In this document: positions 21,154 through 28,394 of the stretch, in pieces | Layout of the letters: each line of letters begins with the position of its first letter | How positions within the stretch are numbered: position 1 is the stretch's first letter | NCBI GenBank assembly: GCA_963718915.1 | Contig: CAVRAI010000017.1 | Location: 1-28,394, forward strand | DNA: 28,394 bases | From: an uncultured Chloroflexia bacterium | GTDB lineage: Bacteria; Chloroflexota; Ktedonobacteria; Ktedonobacterales; JADMIN01 | Reading direction: 5' to 3' | Program-made: the position numbers and the translations under genes | Notes under the pieces: model-generated | Database searches by the model: none | Told to the model about the DNA's origin: nothing | The model's input: only the letters and a program-made list of their open reading frames with translations

Positions 21154-22183
21154 GGGGAGACGCGCCCTTGCGCCGATCCATCTCCCGCTGCACCTCGGGG
21201 GTTATCGTGGCCGAGCGTGGTCTGGTGCGCGGCGCGTTCGGGCGAGTGCGTTGGCCCGCGGGCGGATAGGCCGCGGTCGTGCGCTGGCCGTTTGTACGCT
21301 TCGCCTTCGCGACCTGCGCATCGTGAACGGGCGCATGTTTCGGCTTCCAGTGGCGCTCGCGCAGAATGGCGCGGAGAATACGCCAGCCATCGCGCAGGGG
21401 CATGAGATGACTCTCCCCATGTCGCCGCGGCCTTTCGATGCTGGGAACCTCGATAATGCGCAGACCCGAACGCACGGCGCGGCAATTAAGCTGGGCCTCG
21501 ACCTCAAAGCCATCGCATTCGATGGGAATGACGGGGATACATTCACGCCAAAACGCATTGAATCCGTAGCAAAAATCAGTGAAGTGGGTATGGTAAAGCA
21601 GGTTCGCACAGGCATTCAGGAACCAGTTTCCCAGTCTGCGTATTGGCGTGAAATCTTCACTCCCGCCACCAGAAAGGTAGCGCGAGCCTTTCACATAATC
21701 GGCATGGCCGCTAATGAGCGCCGCCACGAACAGCTCGATCTCCTGGGGACGAGTTGAACCATCCGCGTCCATCAGGACGATGATCTCGCCGTGGCTGAGA
21801 GCTACCCCCGCGCGTAATGCGTCGCCCTTGCCGCGTCCAGGCTGTCCCGTTATCACGATATCTGGCCACAGCACCTTTGCCACATCCACGGTTGCATCGG
21901 TCGAGTTGCCATCAACCAGAATCACCTCAGTGACAAGATCTGGCAACTCCCGGAGCACATAGGGCAGGTTGCGCGCCTCATTGTGCGCCGGAATAACCAC
22001 CGTAATCGTAGGCCAGTGCCCGCGAGACCCGTAGCCGGAACGAGCAAAGCTTTTATCAAAGGGGGCATTCACGACCACCGTTGGCATCTCGCCGGTCTCC
22101 AGCGAGCCTACGATATCGAGAAATTCCGCCTCTGACCAACCATGCTTCTCCGGCATTTCGCTCTCCTCCGGGCCGTGCGCCAA
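21149..22183 (-). CDS. family 2 glycosyltransferase (polyprenyl-phosphate sugar synthase/DPM1-like) with a basic, Pro-rich C-terminal tail
   Basis: ITVVIPAHNEARNLPYVLRELP, VILVDGNSTDATVDVA, GKGDALRAG and IVLMDADGS. The last ~70 aa (KPKHAPVH...RTRPNAPRTRPRS...) are low-complexity and basic. Confidence 0.9.
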   Translation of the reverse strand: MAHGPEESEMPEKHGWSEAEFLDIVGSLETGEMPTVVVNAPFDKSFARSGYGSRGHWPTITVVIPAHNEARNLPYVLRELPDLVTEVILVDGNSTDATVDVAKVLWPDIVITGQPGRGKGDALRAGVALSHGEIIVLMDADGSTRPQEIELFVAALISGHADYVKGSRYLSGGGSEDFTPIRRLGNWFLNACANLLYHTHFTDFCYGFNAFWRECIPVIPIECDGFEVEAQLNCRAVRSGLRIIEVPSIERPRRHGESHLMPLRDGWRILRAILRERHWKPKHAPVHDAQVAKAKRTNGQRTTAAYPPAGQRTRPNAPRTRPRSATITPEVQREMDRRKGASPH

Positions 22184-22429
22184 ATCCAGGGTCTTCTGCT
22201 CAATTTGGACGGTTACGGCCCCGGTAATTGGACTGCGCTATACTACCACACGCCCCGCCAGTATGCTAGAGCAACAGGCAGGATGGCCCATTCAGATAGA
22301 GATGCCATGCCTATTCAGCGTTGGTAGAGGCGCTGCATGACATGGAGGGCAAGCAGGCTGCCACATTGATGGCCTTCATTTGGCAATTTGGCAATAGAGC
22401 GTTGGGTCAGCCTACCGCGAGACGATCAC

Positions 22430-22870
22430 TTATGACGGCTGCGCGGAATCCGTATGGGTCGGCTCGTCCTCCAGAGGATGTGTGAGAGTGTCGGGTACAT
22501 CAGCGTTCGAGACGGGAAGCGGGACATCGGCGAGATAGCGTTCGCCGAACGTTTTGATCGCTGCCATGATATCCGCGAGCGCGAAGCCTTTCTCCGTCAG
22601 GTCATACTCGACACGCGGCGGGATTTCAGCAAATGCGCGGCGTCGCACAAAGCCCAGTTCTTCGAGCAGCCTGAGCCGATGTGCAATTGTCTTGGGGCTG
22701 ACATCCTCCATAGCCGTGCGCAGCGCCCCAAATCGTCGCGTGCCGTGCAAAAGAGTAAAGATAATCAGGAGCGTCGGGGCATCTCCGAGCAAACGCAAGG
22801 CGCGGCCCATAGGATGGGTCGCACACGCTTCCATCTGCTCAGGTGACGGTTCGAGGATACTCATGTCCAC
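22430..22870 (-). CDS. HxlR-family winged-helix transcriptional regulator
   Basis: RRFGALRTAMEDVSPKTIAHRLRLLEELGFVRRRAFAEIPPRVEYDLTEKG is the typical HxlR wHTH core. It is divergent from a YceI gene, a common pairing. Confidence 0.9.
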   Translation of the reverse strand: MDMSILEPSPEQMEACATHPMGRALRLLGDAPTLLIIFTLLHGTRRFGALRTAMEDVSPKTIAHRLRLLEELGFVRRRAFAEIPPRVEYDLTEKGFALADIMAAIKTFGERYLADVPLPVSNADVPDTLTHPLEDEPTHTDSAQPS

Positions 22871-23063
22871 AGCATACCACAGGACTCCCTAGTGTCCTCT
22901 CCATCGCTGTACTTGACAAAAGTCAGTTCCATGGCTACTATTACTTCCACATGGGAAGTAATATGACATTCGGAACTCAAGGCGTAAAGCTGATGGTCGA
23001 GCAACGATGTCATGAGCCAGCAAGCCTGGCAAGATGAGCAGGATTGGCAAAGGAGTCTACTCG

Positions 23064-23642
23064 ATGGCAGAGGCAACAGAGGCGGGGACACAAACAGGAA
23101 CGGCAGCGGTTCAGGGCATCTGGCAGGCGGATCCCTTCCATACGCAGGTCGAATTCGCCGCCAAACATCTGGGCATGATGACGGTGCGCGGACATTTCGC
23201 CGAGGTGAGCGTGACTGGGATCATCGATCCCGACCAGCACGCGGTATCCTCGATTGAAGTCACTATCCAGACGGCGAGCATCCGCACCAATCATCCGCAG
23301 CGTGACAATGATCTGCGATCATCGAACTTCCTCGGAATTGACGAATATCCGACGATGACCTTCAAGAGCACCAGGATCGAGCATGTCGGTGGGGACCGAT
23401 ATACGTTGACTGGCGACCTGACCATCAAAGGCGTCACGAGACCGGTCACGCTGAATATGAACCGGCTTGGGGAGTTCAACGATCCGATGATGGGACACCG
23501 TATCGGCTATAGCGGCGAGACCAAAATCAACCGCAAGGACTTCGGCATGAACTTCAATCCAGTGCTCGATGGCAAGTTTGTCGTCAGCGACGAGATACAG
23601 ATTTCGCTGGAGGGCGAGCTCGTCGAGAAAAAGCCGGAATAG
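23064..23642 (+). CDS. YceI-family (polyisoprenoid-binding-like) protein
   Basis: WQADPFHTQVEFAAKHLGMMTVRGHF...LTGDLTIKGVTRPVTL...FGMNFN matches the YceI pattern. The ORF track opens at 23034, but the ATG at 23064 has an AAAGGAG SD 8 nt upstream. Confidence 0.9.
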   Translation: MAEATEAGTQTGTAAVQGIWQADPFHTQVEFAAKHLGMMTVRGHFAEVSVTGIIDPDQHAVSSIEVTIQTASIRTNHPQRDNDLRSSNFLGIDEYPTMTFKSTRIEHVGGDRYTLTGDLTIKGVTRPVTLNMNRLGEFNDPMMGHRIGYSGETKINRKDFGMNFNPVLDGKFVVSDEIQISLEGELVEKKPE

Positions 23643-23676
23643 GCAACTGAGGCATAGAGGGGACGGGCGCTCATCG

Positions 23677-25533
23677 CTACCGTCCCCGGCCACGGGGGAT
23701 GAGCGCTTCGATGGCCTCAAGCGGGGACACCAGCGTCCCCGTATCGCTGGCGTGGATGGTGGTATCGGGCGGTGGCAGAAGGATGTGGCCGCCGTCGCGA
23801 TCCAGCGAGAGGATCAGCAGGCGATACTTCGCGCGAATCTGCTTGACGGTCAGGCCGTTCAGCAGACCCGTGGGCAGGGCGGTGAATTCGTCGCTGGAGA
23901 AGATCCGGCCCGTGGCGGTGAAGGCGCGGTTGACACCACCATCGTCCAGCCCATGGAGTACAGCCGCAGCGGCGAGTGTGGGGCTGGCCAGGTTCGACGT
24001 GCTATAGGTCGTGCGAATCGCGAAGGCCGAGTTCAACTCATCGGCCAATGCGTCGCTAAAGACACGGACGACGAGATGGACATCGTGCCGGATGCCGCGC
24101 GCCGCCAGCCCAATCTGCAGATTGGTCAGATCATCGGAAGTCGCCGCAACCACAGAATAGGCGTGGTCGAGTCTGGCCTGAACGAGGGTCTCCGGGTCGC
24201 GCGCATCGCCCTGGATGATGGTGACGCCGGGGAGGCTGGAGACGCGCCGCAGAAACGCGCTATCGTCGTCGGAGAGGGAGACCGCGACAATCTCTGGCGG
24301 ATTCTGAAGGCGCGCCAGCCGCTCGACGACGCGATAGCCGACTTTGCCAATGCCACAGACGATGACGGTGTTGTGGCCGGGCGCGGGATGTTGCGGCGGT
24401 ATGGCAGCATCGCCGACAACATTGCGCAGGCGTGTGGCTTCGAGTGCGGGCAACGCGCCGATGAACGTCACGTGATCGCCGGTGTGGAAGACAGCGTTCG
24501 GGTCGTCGCGTAGCCGCCTGCCCGCGCTGGTTCGCTGGTCAAGAACCAGTACGCCGCTGCTGGCCTCGAAGTCACGCACGGAGCCGCTGAGCTGGCTGCC
24601 TTTCGCGATGGTGAGTTTGACGACGCCGACGAGGTCGTTGCCGATGGGCAGCGCATAGCTGATCTCGCGGCTGATGGCTGCTGCCGCGAGGGTTGGCGCG
24701 GCGAGGGCGGAATGGCTGAAGGCGGAATCGGGGCCAAATATCTTCTCCAGATTGCGATCCAGATCCTCATTGAAGGCGCGCAGGATCACGCGCATCCCCG
24801 GGCGGACACTCCGGGCGGCGAGCGCGATCTCGATATTGAGCTGGTCGTTGTTGATATCGGCGATGACGGCGCGGGCGCGTGTGAGACCAGCCTGTCGCAA
24901 CGATAGCGCCTCACTGGCGTCGCCCACGATGACGGGAACATGCATGCCAAGCGTGCGAGCGACGAAGCGCGACTGGAAGCTCTGCTCGATGACGACGACC
25001 TCATAGCCAGCTTCGATCAGCCGGGTAACGACGCGCACCCCAATGCGTCCCAGCCCGCAGACAATAACATGATTGCTGAAGGTGGTCGCCAGCGAGACCT
25101 GCCATGCCTCCTGGCGGCTGCCTTTGTTGAGCACACGGCGGCCAAAGTTGAGCGTGCTCTGCACGATGACCAGCAGGCCGAGGACCGGCAGCAGGAAGAA
25201 GAGCAACTGGCCCACCACATCGCCTGGAAATGGCTCGCTGCTCTGGAAAATTAGCAGCTGCAGGGTGTTATAGAGCGCCGAGGTCGCCTCAGGATGACCA
25301 TGCTGAAATTCGTAGCCAGCGCCCACCACCAGCACAATGCCGAAGAGCGTCAGGGTGAGCCAGGACTGCCGCAGCAACAGGGCGAGATCGAAGAGATTGG
25401 CGCGGAGCAGCCGCCAGAATCCGCGACGTTGCCGAATGGTGAAAGACCGCTGGCGTGCAGTCGCCGTTGTAGCGGATGCGTGCCGCTCCATGAGATTCCT
25501 TTCGGGAAGGAGAGAATCTGATGGTATCTCCAA
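23677..25533 (-). CDS. two-TM pore-type channel protein with tandem RCK/TrkA-N NAD-binding domains
   Basis: There are two Rossmann GxGxxG motifs, HVIVCGLGRIGVRV and TVIVCGIGKVGYRV, each followed by a TrkA-C-like segment. The N-terminus has TM1, a pore-helix-like SALYNTLQLLIFQSSEPFPGD, and TM2. No canonical TVGYG filter is present. Confidence 0.85.
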   Translation of the reverse strand: MEIPSDSLLPERNLMERHASATTATARQRSFTIRQRRGFWRLLRANLFDLALLLRQSWLTLTLFGIVLVVGAGYEFQHGHPEATSALYNTLQLLIFQSSEPFPGDVVGQLLFFLLPVLGLLVIVQSTLNFGRRVLNKGSRQEAWQVSLATTFSNHVIVCGLGRIGVRVVTRLIEAGYEVVVIEQSFQSRFVARTLGMHVPVIVGDASEALSLRQAGLTRARAVIADINNDQLNIEIALAARSVRPGMRVILRAFNEDLDRNLEKIFGPDSAFSHSALAAPTLAAAAISREISYALPIGNDLVGVVKLTIAKGSQLSGSVRDFEASSGVLVLDQRTSAGRRLRDDPNAVFHTGDHVTFIGALPALEATRLRNVVGDAAIPPQHPAPGHNTVIVCGIGKVGYRVVERLARLQNPPEIVAVSLSDDDSAFLRRVSSLPGVTIIQGDARDPETLVQARLDHAYSVVAATSDDLTNLQIGLAARGIRHDVHLVVRVFSDALADELNSAFAIRTTYSTSNLASPTLAAAAVLHGLDDGGVNRAFTATGRIFSSDEFTALPTGLLNGLTVKQIRAKYRLLILSLDRDGGHILLPPPDTTIHASDTGTLVSPLEAIEALIPRGRGR

Positions 25534-25586
25534 GGCCCCCGTAGAATAGCGTATAAGCCGCGAGGACGCAAGAAGGAATAGTGCGG

Positions 25587-26612
25587 CTATTTGGTGTATC
25601 CAGCGCGTTGCAATAAGAGGACGGGGGGAATGTTGGGCAGCAGTCGGTCGAGAAACGAGGGATCGAGCGCGACGCCTGCCGCACTGAGCGCCTGGAGCAT
25701 GACGCCGATAATCGGTTCGGCTGGACTGCGCGTAGGGCGAATATCAGGCGCGGCCTGGCGAACACTGGCAACGATCGCGTCCTCGAGGACGGTCGTCGGA
25801 TGGCGAAAGACACCGCCCGCCAGCACCAGTGGAACCGCGGCGTTCTCAAGCCCTACCTTGCGCATGGCCACGCATGCGATGCTCCCCAATCCAGCGCCAT
25901 GCGCGCGCACGACCCTCAGCGCGGCATCGTCGCCAGCGTCAGCCTCATCGAGCAGAATGGGAGCAAGGCTCCCAATATCATCGGGCGGTTCATGCAGCCG
26001 GTTGTGGAAGCGGTGCAAAACATCCTCAACTGACGCCGCGCCAAAGTGAGCCAGCACACGCTGTGTCAGCGTGGTAGGCGGTTCGAGTCCTAGCTCAGAA
26101 CGATAGATCGCGAGCAATGTCTTCTGGCCCAGATGCGTGCTCCCGTGCCATTCGTCCTGCCAGTAGCTGCTGTGCCAGATGCGTCCATCGGCGGAGCGCG
26201 CGCCGGTAGCCGCCCCGGTGCCGCAGACGATGGAGACGCCGACCGCGTCTGGCGAGCCAAGATAGAGCACGCCAAGAGCGTCATTCTGGGCGATGACCTG
26301 CTCACCGATGCCGCGTTCGGTCATCTTGTCCCGCCAGAAGACGATATCCTCCGGCCAGTCGGCGCCAGCCATGTTGAAGACGCTGGCCACGATATCTTCG
26401 TGCGTCACATTGGCCGTACGCAGCGCGGTTGCTACAGTCAAGTCCACGTTTTCCAGCGCGGCTCTCGTCGGGTCGGGCGCCGTCTCGGACGGTGTCGCGT
26501 TATAGATATCGCCGCACGCGCCGCGCTCTACGCTCAGAATTGTGCCGTTAAGCGTGGCGACCAGGGCAAGCGTTTTTGAGTTACCGCCATCAACGGCCAG
26601 TACGCAGCGCAT
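25587..26612 (-). CDS. BadF/BadG/BcrA/BcrD-type ATPase; N-acetylglucosamine-kinase-like sugar kinase
   Basis: LAVDGGNSKTLALV (phosphate-1 motif), VCGTGAATG (phosphate-2) and LAGGVF (adenosine motif) indicate the ASKHA fold. It lies in a sugar-utilisation operon. Confidence 0.85.
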   Translation of the reverse strand: MRCVLAVDGGNSKTLALVATLNGTILSVERGACGDIYNATPSETAPDPTRAALENVDLTVATALRTANVTHEDIVASVFNMAGADWPEDIVFWRDKMTERGIGEQVIAQNDALGVLYLGSPDAVGVSIVCGTGAATGARSADGRIWHSSYWQDEWHGSTHLGQKTLLAIYRSELGLEPPTTLTQRVLAHFGAASVEDVLHRFHNRLHEPPDDIGSLAPILLDEADAGDDAALRVVRAHGAGLGSIACVAMRKVGLENAAVPLVLAGGVFRHPTTVLEDAIVASVRQAAPDIRPTRSPAEPIIGVMLQALSAAGVALDPSFLDRLLPNIPPVLLLQRAGYTK

Positions 26613-26680
26613 ATACTATCTCTCTCAATGTTCCACAATGGTGACTGTGACTTTTGAATGTAGACCGGCTGTTACCGCGC

Positions 26681-27994
26681 TCAGGCGAGCAGACGCTCAG
26701 GCAGCAGATGCCGATGGGCAGTAGCGAAGTCGTCGTAGATCGTCTCGGCCGTGTGTAGCGAATAGACCAGTGGATGGCTGGCAAGCGCGCGAATAGCGTC
26801 GGTACGTGTGCCGCTCCAGGCGGCCTCGGCGGTCAATGCCTGATACTCACCCAGCATCTTGACCAGCCCGACGACATGGCGCGGCAGATGGCCCATCGCC
26901 AGCGGAGTGACGCCGTTGCGATCCACGAAACCCACTGTCTCGACGACCAGGTCATCGGGGAAATCTGGCAGCGAGCCGTGGTTTGGCACGTTGACATACC
27001 AGACCTCTTTCCGGTCGTTGAAGATCGCGTCCATCACGTCAATGCCCAGCTCCAGCTCGTGGATGCCGCCACGCGAGCGTGCGGGGTCAAGCTCTGGCTC
27101 GTCGCGCTCGGCCTGCTCGCGATAGTGCGCCCAGTAATCGGGGACGTTTGCCATGATGTCCTGCGCGCGGGTCGTCGGCTTCTGCTGTAGCTCGGCCAGT
27201 ATCTCATCTTTGAAGTAGTAATATTGAAAATAGGAGCTGGGCAGTGAATCCATGCGACAGGCAAGTTCCAGCAGCCGCAACTCTTCGCTGGCGATGTCGG
27301 TCTGTGTGTCCGCGCGCAGGCGCTCGTAGCCCGCACGCAGCAGCGGCATTACATCCTGCCCGTCATACTGGTGGCGCACCGTCCACGAGCCGTGATTCAG
27401 CCCGACGGAGACCGCGTCCAGCTTGTCAGGGTCCAACCCAACGAGCGAGACATATTCGCGATTCGAGACGATTGGCCCCTCACAGAGCGAGACCGTCGGA
27501 ATCGCCGTGTGATGTGTCACCGCCTCAGAGACGATGTTGACCGGATTGGTGTAGTTGAACAGGCGCGCGCTGGGGCAGACCGCCTCCATATCTTCGATGA
27601 TGCCCTTCATGACATGAATCGAGCGCAGCGCCATGAAGAAGCCGCCCGGCCCCTGTGTCTCCTGGCCGATAACCCCATATTTGAGCGGGATACTCTCGTC
27701 GAGATAGCGCGCCTCGAATCCACCAGGACGAAAGCTGGTCAACACCGCATCGCAGTCGCGCAGCCCCTCACGCCGATTGGTCGTGGTGGTGATGGTCAGG
27801 TCGAGGCCACGGGCGCGCGCCATCTTGCGTGCGATGGTCGCGACGATATTGAGTCGGTCGGCGTCGAGATCGATCAGCGTGACTTCCGAGCCGTTGAACT
27901 GCGCGCCCTGCCAGATGAAGCTCGCCATTGTCCCTGCCGCGCGCGTGCTGCCGCCGCCGACATAGGCCAGTTTGATGCGTGCCATGGGATACAA
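26681..27994 (-). CDS. GH4-family NAD+/Mn2+-dependent glycosidase (6-phospho-beta-glucosidase or alpha-glucosidase type)
   Basis: IKLAYVGGGSTRAAG (N-terminal NAD fold), FNYTNPVNIV, the VSLCEGP cysteine motif and GLNHGSW are all typical of GH4. Confidence 0.9.
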   Translation of the reverse strand: MYPMARIKLAYVGGGSTRAAGTMASFIWQGAQFNGSEVTLIDLDADRLNIVATIARKMARARGLDLTITTTTNRREGLRDCDAVLTSFRPGGFEARYLDESIPLKYGVIGQETQGPGGFFMALRSIHVMKGIIEDMEAVCPSARLFNYTNPVNIVSEAVTHHTAIPTVSLCEGPIVSNREYVSLVGLDPDKLDAVSVGLNHGSWTVRHQYDGQDVMPLLRAGYERLRADTQTDIASEELRLLELACRMDSLPSSYFQYYYFKDEILAELQQKPTTRAQDIMANVPDYWAHYREQAERDEPELDPARSRGGIHELELGIDVMDAIFNDRKEVWYVNVPNHGSLPDFPDDLVVETVGFVDRNGVTPLAMGHLPRHVVGLVKMLGEYQALTAEAAWSGTRTDAIRALASHPLVYSLHTAETIYDDFATAHRHLLPERLLA

Positions 27995-28002
27995 CTCCAG
28001 TC

Positions 28003-28394
28003 TCAGGAATGATTTGCGGATGTGGGCGCCGTTGGCGACGCGGGCGCGGAGGCGTCGTTGCCCTCGCCATAGAGAAAACAGTGCGTCCAGTGCCCGTTGC
28101 CCAGGTTGGTGCGACCGGGGAACCGCTCGCGACAGACAGGCATGGCATGCGAACAGCGTGGATGAAAGCGGCAGCCGCTGGGTGGTGTAATCAGACTGGG
28201 AATCTCGCCGCGCGCCTGGAAAGGAGCCTCCTCGGGGCGGTCAGGATCGGGCGCGGCGGAAATGAGCAGTTGCGTGTAGGGATGCTTCGGCTGCTGAATG
28301 ACCGCGTCACTCGGCCCGCCCTCCATCACCTGGCCCGCATACATAATCATCGTCTCCTCAGCAAAGTAGCGGGCACTGGCAATATCATGCGTGA
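28003..28394 (-). CDS. oligopeptide/dipeptide-type ABC transporter ATP-binding protein, C-terminal part (5'-truncated by the window edge)
   Basis: The frame is open to the window end (..THDIASARYFAEETMIMYAGQVMEGG..). HPYTQLLISAAPDP and PSGCRFHPRC form the OppD/F-DppD/F C-terminal signature. Confidence 0.85.
   Translation of the reverse strand, partial: THDIASARYFAEETMIMYAGQVMEGGPSDAVIQQPKHPYTQLLISAAPDPDRPEEAPFQARGEIPSLITPPSGCRFHPRCSHAMPVCRERFPGRTNLGNGHWTHCFLYGEGNDASAPASPTAPTSANHS

Noticed and set aside
22378-22393. 2 x 8-bp tandem ATTTGGCA in the GT2/HxlR intergenic region
   Set aside because: There are only two short copies with no symmetry or recurrence elsewhere in the window, so chance is likely.
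23659-23687. 8-bp GC hairpin (GGGGACGG/CCGTCCCC) between the convergent YceI and channel genes, as a possible bidirectional terminator
   Set aside because: It has no U-tract on either side, a 13-nt loop, and a 3' arm that overlaps the channel stop codon. That is insufficient to call a terminator.
23569-24513. 314-aa + strand ORF, and ORF 27371-28012 (+), antisense to the RCK channel and GH4 genes
   Set aside because: Both are shadow ORFs in high-GC coding DNA. They have no motifs and a strongly biased D/R/G/A composition.
1-28394. A scan for CRISPR arrays, rRNA, intact IS, transposase or integrase genes, and known multi-gene defence systems
   Set aside because: No regularly spaced 25-40-bp direct repeats with unique spacers were seen. 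No ORF shows recombinase (R..HxxR..Y), DDE or Cas-like motifs. The only repeat arrays are the short ones reported above.

Overview
This is a 28.4-kb high-G+C bacterial window in three parts.

(1) 1 to ~4600 is a gene-poor, apparently decayed accessory segment that looks more A+T-rich by eye.
- A 79-aa orphan gene with a strong SD.
- A compact unit of promoter, 46-aa hydrophobic-tail peptide and terminator.
- An array of 11-bp-phased GAGGTT iteron-like repeats.
- A minus-strand operon led by an unusual Mrr-type PD-(D/E)xK nuclease domain fused to a ParA/Soj ATPase. The ParA C-terminus continues out of frame after a C6 tract, and two small ORFs follow.
- A membrane-protein remnant.
- A tRNA-Lys(CUU)-like gene split by a 69-nt insertion in its anticodon stem.

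(2) 4616-22183 is a cell-surface glycan or exopolysaccharide cluster.
- Enzymes: FkbM methyltransferase, two GT4, two GT2, an ATP-grasp ligase and two CE4 deacetylases.
- Membrane components: a Wzx-like flippase and a 630-aa GT-C-like polytopic protein coupled to a DUF1616-like protein.
- Hydrolases: a secreted CBM-GH16 and a GH5.
- Its intergenic regions hold REP-like palindromes, a MITE-like inverted repeat and a GH5 duplication scar.

(3) 22430-28394 holds ordinary genes: a divergent HxlR regulator/YceI pair, a two-RCK channel, a BadF-type sugar kinase, a GH4 glycosidase and a partial Opp/Dpp-type ABC ATPase.

I saw no CRISPR array, rRNA, or intact integrase or transposase. All functional calls rest on motifs read by eye in the supplied translations; no database search or computation was possible.
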